From positions 192,001 to 256,000 of the forward strand of contig CBDFIQ010000002.1 of assembly GCA_965248195.1 (NCBI GenBank): a stretch of 64,000 nt of DNA, written 5' to 3'. Source of the DNA: Longimicrobiales bacterium (lineage in GTDB: Bacteria > Gemmatimonadota > Gemmatimonadetes > Longimicrobiales > Gaopeijiaceae). A program made the position numbers and the translations under genes. The notes beneath the pieces are model-generated. The model was not told where the DNA came from and did not search any database. It saw only the letters and a list, made by a program, of their open reading frames with translations. Positions 37,001 through 45,273 of this stretch are shown one piece after another. Position 1 is the first letter of the stretch, and each line of letters begins with the position of its first letter.

Positions 37001-38528
37001 ACTTCCTCTGGATCTGTCGTTCAACGCCGTCGAGGACCGCTTTCCCGAAGAGGTGATCGATCTCGTGGTCGTGTCGGACCGGTTGCCGCTTTCACTGTTG
37101 ATGGCGCCGTTCCGGGGCTATCAGGAGGTGGAGGGGACGATGTCCGGGCGCATCGAGGTGGTGGGCACGTCGAGAAGCCTCGCTCCCCGAGGCCAGATTA
37201 CTGTGGAGGGAGGCAGAGCCTTTTTGAGTGGCCTCGGCGTACAGCAGGAGGACGTGAGCGGCACGCTCGACTGGTTCCCGGATGGGCGGCTGGAGGTTGA
37301 CATGAGTGCCCGGGCAGTTGGGACGGCCGCCATTGAGGGCACGGTGACGCTCACGACCGCATTGGATCCTGGATTCGCGTTGGCCATCCGCCTTGACGAT
37401 TTCCAGGCCTTGGACCGCCGTGACGCGACGGGCCGTTTGAGCGGTGATCTGCGCCTTGATGGATCCTTCTCGCGGCCGGTGGTCTCCGGCGATCTCTTTC
37501 TGGATGACGGAACCCTGTTTTACGAGGAGTTCCAGAGGGCAGCCGAGGTGGCCGATCTCTTCTTCGAGCGTGCCGCCGGGGTGGCGGATCTGCCAGCGCT
37601 CGACGCGTTGGATTCGGGTTTACGTCCGATCATCGCCGGTGGAAATCCTTTCCTCCAGAACATCCGGATGGAAAACACGACGTTGACGGCCCGGCGCGAC
37701 AATTGGATCCGCAGCGAGCAGATGAATGTCGAGTTAGAAGGCGAGGTCGACCTACTCTACGACCGGCAGACTCAGGACCTTGCCCTCGTCGGCGATCTAC
37801 AGGCCGTACGTGGATCGTTGGGGTTTGGCCCTCGGGGCCTCCGGAAGCAGTTTCAGGTGGACGGGGGCACGGTGCGGTTTCTGGGGACGCCGGGGCTCAA
37901 CCCCGACCTGGACCTCACCGCAAGCGAACCCGTCAGGACGCCGGAGGGGGACCGGCTCACGATCATCGCTGAAGTTACCGGAACGCTCGTATCACCTAGA
38001 GTCGCACTCCGGAGTGACGAGGCGGGGTTCACCGAGGACGATCTGCTGAGTTACCTCTGGTTCGGTCGCCCGACGTACGCCCTGACTTCGGACCAGAGTG
38101 AAGCGGTGGGAGCAGGTTTGGCCGTTGGCCTAAATACCCTCAGTAGCGGGCTCGGGACGGTGATGACACAGGGCTTGGGGCTGGATTTCTTGGATTACCT
38201 TTCCATCACCCAGCAGGATCTGGGGTCGTTGGGGTCGCTCAGCGCCAACAACGTGCAAGGGGCTCTGGGTACGACGGTGGTCGAGACCGGCTTCTACGTG
38301 GCCGACGATATCTTCCTGACGCTGCTGTTCCGGCCCGCCTCGGCGCAGGGAGGTGGCGTGGAAAGCTTCCCCGGAATCCGTTTCGAGTGGGTGGCGTCCC
38401 GAGGGTACACGCTACAATCCTACTTTGAGGACCAGTTCTTCAGGGGTCGTTCCGTGGGCTTCGGCGAGTTCGGAGTGCAGACCAAGAAGGGGCTGGGACT
38501 CTCGATCTTCCGAGACTGGAGCTACTGA
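34011..38528 (+). CDS. tamB: Translocation and assembly module subunit TamB (AsmA-like)
   Basis: 1505 aa, N-terminal TM, beta-taco-like repeats, C-terminal GTPGLNPDLDL..A...GTL.SP...DLLSYL.FG. Directly follows tamA. Confidence 0.88.
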   Translation: MSKTRRLRARKVLKMVAGVLMTLGVGAIAGVVILTLTSAGQTFVMEQALRRIEGTLNGEITVSGLRSPGLHRGVRLLGLRLTAPDGSSLLAVDSVDAEYSLRTILSGELALAGVTLWRPRLTITKQAPDQPVNLAAFLYGDGSPAQKLGAGGGPAEAAVRFLLDVVEIQDGSVEVRYPVPASRDPSSRLMTEPGPAGQGVQRVFSFHGIDGRFDGVVVADPAVEGIRMNVTGLSFVGEVFEEPVQVQDFDGTFAWSGNRILVEAETVSLLSGTASGSAAIELVEGSVPDLTVDALLDGVDLPELRWLEPRLPDARASGRLAVGFGSQGLRASWSGARLAIGGGEIEADGALSQASGGELALEDVTLEVSAVRVSALEKFISVTLPPEGRLSGNLEISGTMDSVAVSGRMDLLEPGVSPTSGEIDGVLHLRRPRGVTGMTARLTALDLGLVNRMAEGLMVDGAVNLEIRADGWLETGVRVVVVTTFPEPDPEESYVSLEGSLTEVDGELQIALDGELDPFSIADVVSDDSPLSRLGLIRGTVHAEGSLSDLMLRSDLTTEEGRLTLESRFDARSPFASYRLRGEADDFDPLEVAPWLAGGTLLSGSFDLLGEGGDLRMAELVGTLWLQESRFANLPVDSVSIELRILNGIVTVDDVQGRIGGVVVEGGGQLAVAGNAGLEAVRLSFETGSLEGLRPLLRGGDVIAGDTLTVLERQILEFEGIDPDTLRTLAEVMVSGRMAGELTMTGSVENLSIIGRAAVDDALYVGNRVGQAEVSFSATNLFSPEREVSAQIDAGAIRVLQREFDSVSVNVRYREPSGNVNVFLVRSPEESYSGLLTFDEEGDVRTLHLDELVFRFPEERWNLGAPATISWDPDGLTFRDFRLRRPGVGGMRLRAQGRIPFYGEADFGLEAEALDIRLIAHALQLDEVLEGVVDLEFNVMGTDDEPVMDLALSTDGFRFRDYALDRIEAEVAYTGRRAEGDVVLWKDSLQVLTLDGELPLDLSFNAVEDRFPEEVIDLVVVSDRLPLSLLMAPFRGYQEVEGTMSGRIEVVGTSRSLAPRGQITVEGGRAFLSGLGVQQEDVSGTLDWFPDGRLEVDMSARAVGTAAIEGTVTLTTALDPGFALAIRLDDFQALDRRDATGRLSGDLRLDGSFSRPVVSGDLFLDDGTLFYEEFQRAAEVADLFFERAAGVADLPALDALDSGLRPIIAGGNPFLQNIRMENTTLTARRDNWIRSEQMNVELEGEVDLLYDRQTQDLALVGDLQAVRGSLGFGPRGLRKQFQVDGGTVRFLGTPGLNPDLDLTASEPVRTPEGDRLTIIAEVTGTLVSPRVALRSDEAGFTEDDLLSYLWFGRPTYALTSDQSEAVGAGLAVGLNTLSSGLGTVMTQGLGLDFLDYLSITQQDLGSLGSLSANNVQGALGTTVVETGFYVADDIFLTLLFRPASAQGGGVESFPGIRFEWVASRGYTLQSYFEDQFFRGRSVGFGEFGVQTKKGLGLSIFRDWSY

Positions 38529-38668
38529 TTTAACCGCGGTTTGGACCGATACGCCGACACCGCGCTCCCCCGGGCCTCTCCCTGCAAGTGAATCCCCGAG
38601 GCGGCCCTCTCCTTTACGTTTGGCCGCCCCTTTGAAGCAAGACGCCGTCTTCGATATTCTACAGGGCT

Positions 38669-41563
38669 ATGGCCCAAGAATTTCTTGTCGTGCGCGGTGC
38701 AAGGGAGCACAACCTCCGTAACGTCGACGTCGAGCTCCCCCGGGGGGGCTTGATCGTGATCACGGGACTGTCCGGGTCCGGTAAGTCTTCCCTCGCTTTC
38801 GACACTATCTACGCAGAGGGCCAACGCCGCTACGTGGAGTCCCTCTCGGCGTATGCCCGCCAGTTCCTGGGGCTCATGGAGAAGCCCGACGTCGACTCGA
38901 TCGAGGGCCTCTCTCCGGCCATCTCCATCGAACAGAAGACGGTGAGCCGAAATCCGCGGTCGACCGTGGGGACCGTGACGGAGGTCTACGACTATCTACG
39001 GCTCCTCTGGGCTCGCGTGGGCGTCCCGCACTGCACTGAGTGCGGCAGGCCGGTTCTTCGGCAGTCGGTGTCCCAGATCGTGGAGCGGCTGCTGCTTCTC
39101 GACGAGGGGGCCAAAATTCAGGTGCTGGCGCCTCTGGTTCGAGGCAGGAAGGGTGAGTTCCGCGATCTCTTCGAGAAGGCTCGAAAGGAGGGGTTCGTGC
39201 GGGCCGTTGTCGACGGCGAGATGATCGATCTCTCTGACCCGCCCGCGCTCAACCGATATGAGAACCACGACATCGCGATCGTGGTGGACCGACTGGTCCT
39301 TCGGCCGGAGGATCGGGAGCGGCTGGCCGACTCCGTGGAGACGGCGCTCCGGTCCGCCGAGGGTACGGTGGAGGTCCGGGAGGCGAAGGGGCGTTCACGC
39401 GTGTCGCACTTCTTCAGCGAGTCCTACGCCTGTGCGCACTGCGGCACCAGCCTGCCCGAGATCGAGCCTCGGCAATTCTCCTTCAACTCGCCCTACGGGG
39501 CGTGCCAAGAATGTGGTGGGCTCGGGACCAGCAAGCACGTCAATCCGGACCTGCTCCTCGCGGACGGGAGCATCTCTCTCCTCGAAGGGGTCGTGCTACC
39601 GTGGGGCGAGCCCTCGGGACACCTTCGGACCTCGGTGATCGCGGGACTGGCCGAGGCCTACGAGTTCGACCCCCGGAGTCCTTGGAAAAAAATTCCGGAG
39701 GAGGCGCGTCACGCCATCATGCACGGTTCGGACCGGATGAAGATCCGTTTTCCGTACCGCGCTGGGTCCGGAAGCGCTCAGGGCCACTATGAAGACACTT
39801 GGGACGGGGTGATCGACAACGTTGAGCGTCGCTATAAGGAGACCAAGTCCGATTCGGTACGCACCCAGCTTCACGATTACATGTCGACGCTCACATGCAC
39901 GGCGTGTGGCGGGAGCCGGCTGAGGGCGGAGTCTTTGGCCGTGACGATCGCGAGCCGATCCCTCGGCGAGATCGTCGATCTTTCCATCGCCGAGGCACTC
40001 GAGTTCTTCCGGGGCCTTCCGGTGGACGAGCCGATAGGCTCGGGGGTGGACCGCCATGCACTGCACGGAGAGATCGCGACGCCGATCCTGAAGGAGATTC
40101 AGGAGAGGCTCGGCTTTCTCAACGATGTGGGCTTGAATTACCTGACACTTGGCCGTTCCGCGGACTCCCTCTCCGGGGGCGAGTCTCAGCGGATTCGCCT
40201 GGCCACCCAGATCGGGAGCCGCTTGGTGGGCGTGCTCTACATCCTGGACGAGCCCTCCGTGGGACTCCATCAGAAGGACAACCGGCGTCTTCTGGAGACC
40301 CTTCAGGCGCTCCGCGACTTGGGCAACACCGTGATTGTGGTCGAACACGACGAGGAGACGATCCGGGTCGCCGACCACATTGTGGACCTGGGACCCGGAG
40401 CCGGACGTGCGGGTGGAGAGGTCGTGGTTCAGGGGTCCCTGGCCGATGTGCTCGCGGAAGAGGCGTCCCTCACGGGAGCGTATCTGGAGGGTCGGCGGCG
40501 GATTCCGATCCCGGATCGGCGCAGGGAGGGCGATGGGGATCGCGCGCTCCATCTGCGAGGCGCGAGCGAGCACAATTTGTGTGATCTAGACGTGGCCATC
40601 CCCCTCGGCTGCTTCGTTGCGGTGACCGGCGTAAGTGGATCGGGTAAGTCTACGCTCATCAACCAGACACTCTATCGGGCGCTGGCCCGGCACCTGTATC
40701 GGAGCAAGGTGGTCCCCGGGCGCCACGATGGGATCGACGGGATCGAATGGATCGACAAGGTGATCGAGGTCGACCAGTCGCCGATCGGCCGTACACCGAG
40801 GTCGAACCCCGCGACCTATACAGGCCTGTTTACGCCGATCAGGGAGCTGTTCTCCAGCCTTCCCGAGTCCCAGATAAGGGGGTACGGACCCGGCCGTTTC
40901 TCCTTCAACGTGAAGGGGGGCCGCTGCGAGGCTTGCCAGGGGGACGGCCTGGTGAAGATCGAAATGCATTTTCTCCCCGACGTCTACGTGCCGTGCGATG
41001 TATGCCGTGGAAGGCGCTATAACCGGGAAACTCTGGACGTTTTCTACAAGGGGAAGAACATCGCCGACGTGCTGGACATGACGGTCGACGAGGCCCTCGG
41101 ATTCTTCGAAGCCGTGCCACGGCTCAGGGCGAAGCTCGCGACGCTTTCGAACGTGGGATTGGGATACATTCACCTCGGGCAGTCGGCGACCACGCTTTCC
41201 GGTGGAGAGGCGCAACGCGTGAAGCTATCCAGCGAGCTGTCGAAGCGGGCCACCGGGAGCACACTGTACATTCTCGACGAGCCGACGACCGGCCTCCACT
41301 TCGAAGACATCCGCGTTCTCTTGGAAGTGCTCCACAGGCTAGTAGAGAAGGGCAACACGGTGCTCGTGATCGAGCACAACCTGGAGGTCATCAAAACGGC
41401 GGACTGGATCATCGACCTCGGCCCCGAAGGGGGAGGCGCCGGCGGACGGATCGTGGCCGAAGGGACACCCGAGATGATTGCCGAGGAGCGGAGTTCCCAC
41501 ACTGGTCGATACCTCGGACCTCTTCTGGGCGTGGAGTCGCGGGGGGCTACTCGTTCATGTTAG
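38669..41563 (+). CDS. uvrA: Excinuclease ABC subunit A
   Basis: GAREHNL, TGLSGSGKSSLAFDTIYAEGQRRY, two ABC cassettes, zinc fingers. Confidence 0.99.
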   Translation: MAQEFLVVRGAREHNLRNVDVELPRGGLIVITGLSGSGKSSLAFDTIYAEGQRRYVESLSAYARQFLGLMEKPDVDSIEGLSPAISIEQKTVSRNPRSTVGTVTEVYDYLRLLWARVGVPHCTECGRPVLRQSVSQIVERLLLLDEGAKIQVLAPLVRGRKGEFRDLFEKARKEGFVRAVVDGEMIDLSDPPALNRYENHDIAIVVDRLVLRPEDRERLADSVETALRSAEGTVEVREAKGRSRVSHFFSESYACAHCGTSLPEIEPRQFSFNSPYGACQECGGLGTSKHVNPDLLLADGSISLLEGVVLPWGEPSGHLRTSVIAGLAEAYEFDPRSPWKKIPEEARHAIMHGSDRMKIRFPYRAGSGSAQGHYEDTWDGVIDNVERRYKETKSDSVRTQLHDYMSTLTCTACGGSRLRAESLAVTIASRSLGEIVDLSIAEALEFFRGLPVDEPIGSGVDRHALHGEIATPILKEIQERLGFLNDVGLNYLTLGRSADSLSGGESQRIRLATQIGSRLVGVLYILDEPSVGLHQKDNRRLLETLQALRDLGNTVIVVEHDEETIRVADHIVDLGPGAGRAGGEVVVQGSLADVLAEEASLTGAYLEGRRRIPIPDRRREGDGDRALHLRGASEHNLCDLDVAIPLGCFVAVTGVSGSGKSTLINQTLYRALARHLYRSKVVPGRHDGIDGIEWIDKVIEVDQSPIGRTPRSNPATYTGLFTPIRELFSSLPESQIRGYGPGRFSFNVKGGRCEACQGDGLVKIEMHFLPDVYVPCDVCRGRRYNRETLDVFYKGKNIADVLDMTVDEALGFFEAVPRLRAKLATLSNVGLGYIHLGQSATTLSGGEAQRVKLSSELSKRATGSTLYILDEPTTGLHFEDIRVLLEVLHRLVEKGNTVLVIEHNLEVIKTADWIIDLGPEGGGAGGRIVAEGTPEMIAEERSSHTGRYLGPLLGVESRGATRSC

Positions 41564-41610
41564 AATTAGAACCACATCCTGAGGATTTCGGTGGGCATCC
41601 TAGACGGCGC

Positions 41611-41637
41611 GGAAACCGCGTCCCTTCGATGTCCGTA
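41611..41637 (+). promoter_or_regulatory. Predicted ECF promoter (GGAAACC-N16-CGTA) for the CesT-like/pspA operon
   Basis: GGAAACC-gcgtcccttcgatgtc-CGTA, ~87 bp upstream of ATG 41724. Confidence 0.55.
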
Positions 41638-41723
41638 GGGAAGGAGCCCGCTGGATTCGGGTCTGTCGTCGAACTGTCTGCCCGCGGCCGCAAAAACGAG
41701 CCGCACAGAGTACGGAGTCGATC

Positions 41724-42134
41724 ATGGTAACTCGAGAGGATCTCGAGAGCTTCCTCATTCGCATGGATATGGACTGGAATGAGGTCGATGAGGGAATGTT
41801 TCTGGTGCAGAGTCCGAGTGGCGGCGTGGTCGTCCACTTCTCCGATCCCGTGCTGCTGGTGCGCCTGAAGGTAATGGACCTTCCGAACAGCGACTCGGAG
41901 CTAGCGGAGCTCTACCGGGCCCTGCTCGAGCTGAACGCCACCGACATCGTGCACGGGGCGTACGGCATCGAAGACGGAGAGTTGATCCTGACCGACACCT
42001 TGGAGTTGCAGAATTTGGATTTCGAAGAACTACAGGCGTCGGTGGAGAGCCTCCAGTTTGCGGCCGCGAGTCACCTCGGGCGAATCAAGGTTCTCGCCGG
42101 GGCGGACGACGGCGGTTCGGAAGGAGAGGACTGA
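41724..42134 (+). CDS. CesT/YbjN-like (T3SS-chaperone fold) protein
   Basis: Acidic 136 aa, LLELNATDIVHGAYGIE, ENLD-like QNLDFEELQAS; directly upstream of pspA. Confidence 0.75.
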   Translation: MVTREDLESFLIRMDMDWNEVDEGMFLVQSPSGGVVVHFSDPVLLVRLKVMDLPNSDSELAELYRALLELNATDIVHGAYGIEDGELILTDTLELQNLDFEELQASVESLQFAAASHLGRIKVLAGADDGGSEGED

Positions 42135-42139
42135 GGCAA

Positions 42140-43012
42140 ATGAGCATTTTTTCAAAGCTTTCTACGGTCATCAAGTCGAATATCAACGATCTCATCTCCC
42201 GGGCAGAAAACCCGGAGAAGATGTTGAACCAAATCATTCTGGACATGCGGGACCAGCTTGCGAAGGCCAAGCGGGAAGTGGCGGCGGCCATCGCGGATGA
42301 ACGGAAGCTCCGCTCGTCGCTGGACGCCGAGGTCAAGCAGATGCGTCAATGGGAGCACCGCGCCATGCTGGCCGTCAAGGAGGGCAGGGACGACCTGGCA
42401 AAGCAGGCCTTGCTGAGGCAGCAGGAGCACGCGGACCGCGCCGGCTCGCTCGACGGAACGTGGAAGGCCCAGGCCGCAGAGACCGACAAGCTCAAGGGGT
42501 CGCTTCGGCAGTTGAATGACAAGATCGAAGAGGCCAAGCGGAAGAGAAATCTTCTGGTTGCGAAGCAGCGTCGGGCTCAAGCCCAGCGGCGCATCCACGA
42601 AACCATGTCGGGGCTCTCCAACACGTCTGCGTTCGACGCGTTCAACCGTATGGCCGAGAAGATCGAGGAGCAGGAGCGCGAGAGCCTGGCCCACCAGGAG
42701 GTAACGGAGGCGCTCGGCCCCGGAACGCTGGAAGAGGATTTCAAGACGCTGGAGAGCGGTAGTGAGGGGGGTGACGTCGAGGATCGTCTCCTGGCCTTGA
42801 AGCACGAGATGGGATTGATCGCAGCCCCTGAGGCGGAAGCGCCGAGGCGACTCGAGTCCGGCGACGACGATGTCGACACCGCCGATTCGGCGGGGGCAGC
42901 TGAAAGCTCAGACGGCCCATCCGATGCCGCCGGGCCCGCCACGCCACCGGAGCCCGTCGTTCACGAAGCCCAGCTCATCGAAGAGTTCGACAAACTAGAA
43001 AAAAGCGACTAG
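42140..43012 (+). CDS. pspA: PspA/IM30 family protein
   Basis: MSIFSKL..IKSNINDLISRAENPEKML, GRDDLAKQAL, coiled coil, F.RM.EKI; acidic C-terminal tail. Confidence 0.95.
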   Translation: MSIFSKLSTVIKSNINDLISRAENPEKMLNQIILDMRDQLAKAKREVAAAIADERKLRSSLDAEVKQMRQWEHRAMLAVKEGRDDLAKQALLRQQEHADRAGSLDGTWKAQAAETDKLKGSLRQLNDKIEEAKRKRNLLVAKQRRAQAQRRIHETMSGLSNTSAFDAFNRMAEKIEEQERESLAHQEVTEALGPGTLEEDFKTLESGSEGGDVEDRLLALKHEMGLIAAPEAEAPRRLESGDDDVDTADSAGAAESSDGPSDAAGPATPPEPVVHEAQLIEEFDKLEKSD

Positions 43013-43071
43013 ATATTCGCCTCGGCCCGACTTTTCCGGGGTACCAAGAGTTTCCTAAAACTCCGGAGACG

Positions 43072-43917
43072 ATGAGCACGGTTTACCTGAACGGCGAATA
43101 CCTTCCCAAGGATCGGGCGACGATCTCCGTGGACGACCGGGGATTTCTGCTATCGGATGGCGTTTATGAGGTGACCCCTGCCTATCGAGGGCGTCTTTTC
43201 CGCGTGGAGCAGCATATGCGCCGGCTTCAGAACGGTCTCGGCGCCCTCCGTATCGAATTCGATCCAAAAGGGCTGCCGGAGGTGCACTCACGCCTGATCG
43301 CGGCCAACACCCTCGATGCGGAAGACGTCGCGATCGTCTATCTGCAGATCACTCGAGGAGTTGCACCAAGAACCCACTACTTCCCGCCGGAGGGGACTCC
43401 GCCCACCGTGTATGCCTTCGCCCAAGCGTACCACCGGCCGGAATCGGCCCGTTGGGAGCGGGGTTACGAGGCCATCACGGTTCCAGATCATCGCTGGGCC
43501 CGGGTCGACATCAAGTCGATCAGCCTCTTGCCGAACGTGCTGGCGCAGCAAGCCGCGGTGGACGCGGGGGTGGCGGACGCTCTTTTGGTAAAGGACGACG
43601 TCGCGCTCGAGGGGTCCCACAACAACGTGTTTGCGGTCCTCGATGGAGTGGTGACGACGCACCCTGCCACGCAGCGGATCCTGCACGGTATCGCTCGTGA
43701 GTATGTGATGGAACTGGCGCGGGCGCAGGGCCTGCCGGTAGAGGAGAGGCCCGTTCTCCTGGAGGAGATGCGGGGGGCGGAGGAAATCTTCTTTACCGGT
43801 ACGACCACGGAAGTACGACCCACGGTACGACTCGACGGCGAGCCGGTCGGGGACGGTAAGGTGGGGCCGGTCGCGAAGGCGCTTTACGAGGCCTTCAAAG
43901 CGGGGACTCGGTCTTAG
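43072..43917 (+). CDS. dat: D-amino-acid aminotransferase (class IV PLP)
   Basis: DRGF..SDGVYE, YLQITRG..PRTH.FP, RW..VDIKSISLLPNVLA, TGTT.EV.P. Confidence 0.85.
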   Translation: MSTVYLNGEYLPKDRATISVDDRGFLLSDGVYEVTPAYRGRLFRVEQHMRRLQNGLGALRIEFDPKGLPEVHSRLIAANTLDAEDVAIVYLQITRGVAPRTHYFPPEGTPPTVYAFAQAYHRPESARWERGYEAITVPDHRWARVDIKSISLLPNVLAQQAAVDAGVADALLVKDDVALEGSHNNVFAVLDGVVTTHPATQRILHGIAREYVMELARAQGLPVEERPVLLEEMRGAEEIFFTGTTTEVRPTVRLDGEPVGDGKVGPVAKALYEAFKAGTRS

Positions 43918-43950
43918 TCACCCGTCGAAAGTCCGATAGACCTCCAGAGC

Positions 43951-45207
43951 TCACGGATAGATCAAATACCGCTCCCGGACCCGCTTGAAGTTCTCCAGGT
44001 CCTCTTCCCACCCGCTCACGATTTCCTCGACACCCGCCCCCGCGTCAATCGCCTGCCGCAGACGGTCGGTTCCGGCAAGGCGATCGAAATGAGCTTGGAG
44101 CCACCCCCACCGGCTACCGGACATTCGGTGCGTCTCGACCAGGAGTGCGACCGCCGCGTGGGTCGGATCGTACTCCGGCGATGTGGCCACCAGACGGACA
44201 CCCTCCACCTCCACTCCGTCGAACTTGCCATCGGAGGGCGCCCTCGGGACGAATCTGACCGGCTCGAAGCGAACGCCGGTCAGCCCGTACCCGTTCATGG
44301 CTTCGGCGAGGGACTCACCGTCCAACCACGGCGCACCGATTTGCTGGAAAGGCGCCTCGGTGCCCCTCGCCACGGATAGAGCAGTACCCTCGAAGAGGCA
44401 CGTCCCGGGATAGTGTGTGGCACTTTCGACGTTGGGCATGTTGGGCGACGGTGGGATCCACGGCAGGCCGGTCTCGGCGAAGGGCATGTCCCGAAGCCAT
44501 CCCTCGGCGGGCACGGTGTGGAGCTCCACCTCGATGCCGAACTCCCCTCGATAGTAGCTGGCCAACTCGGCAGGGGTCATGCCGTGGCGCATCGCCACGG
44601 GATACCTGCCCACGAAGGTGGCGAACGTGGGATCGAGCACGTTGCCCTGCACGGCACCGCCAATCGGATTCGGGCGGTCGAGAACGACCACCGGAATTCC
44701 CTGTTCGGCGGTGGCTTCCATCGCGAGCGTGGTCGTGGACATGTAAGTCCAGTAACGTGCGCCGATATCCTGATAGTCCATCAACAGGATGTCGATTCCC
44801 TCGAGCATCCGCGGCGTGGGTTTGCGCACCGCGCCGTACAGCGAGTAGATCGGCAGCCCTGTTTTCAGGTCGACGTCGTCTTCCACACGTGCCCCGGGAT
44901 CGGCCGTCCCTCGAATTCCGTGCTCAGGCGCGAAGAGCGCCACGAGCTCCACGTCCGGGTGCTCGTGAATCCGATCGATCGAGGATCGGCCCGAGGCGTC
45001 AACCCCGGTTTGATTGGTGATCAGCCCCACTCTGCGTCCCGCCACCAGATGGAGCGAGTCCTCCAGGAGGACCTCAATCCCCGGGCGAATTCCGCCGAAC
45101 CCCTGGTCGTCAGCTTGGTATAACGAACGATCCGGGGGCGCGTCCGGCCGGGAGCAAACGAGGAGAAGCAGGATGAAACAGGATTGTGGCACCCTCCATA
45201 ACGCCAT
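43951..45207 (-). CDS. namZ: Exo-beta-N-acetylmuramidase NamZ (DUF1343/YbbC)
   Basis: GLITNQTG, LFAPEHGIRG, SLYG, QDIGARYWTY, VLDRPNP, RHGMT, PSPNMP, RYLIY. Confidence 0.92.
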   Translation of the reverse strand: MALWRVPQSCFILLLLVCSRPDAPPDRSLYQADDQGFGGIRPGIEVLLEDSLHLVAGRRVGLITNQTGVDASGRSSIDRIHEHPDVELVALFAPEHGIRGTADPGARVEDDVDLKTGLPIYSLYGAVRKPTPRMLEGIDILLMDYQDIGARYWTYMSTTTLAMEATAEQGIPVVVLDRPNPIGGAVQGNVLDPTFATFVGRYPVAMRHGMTPAELASYYRGEFGIEVELHTVPAEGWLRDMPFAETGLPWIPPSPNMPNVESATHYPGTCLFEGTALSVARGTEAPFQQIGAPWLDGESLAEAMNGYGLTGVRFEPVRFVPRAPSDGKFDGVEVEGVRLVATSPEYDPTHAAVALLVETHRMSGSRWGWLQAHFDRLAGTDRLRQAIDAGAGVEEIVSGWEEDLENFKRVRERYLIYP

Positions 45208-45273
45208 AACTTGAACTCTGAAAGACACTTGGGCCGTTCTCCGTCTTGACACAGAGGATTTTTAGTTCACTTG

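Noticed and set aside
38530..38668. LexA box upstream of uvrA
   Set aside because: I could not identify a match to any SOS-box consensus I know.
41724..42134. Type III secretion system
   Set aside because: Only a chaperone-fold protein beside pspA; no injectisome genes.
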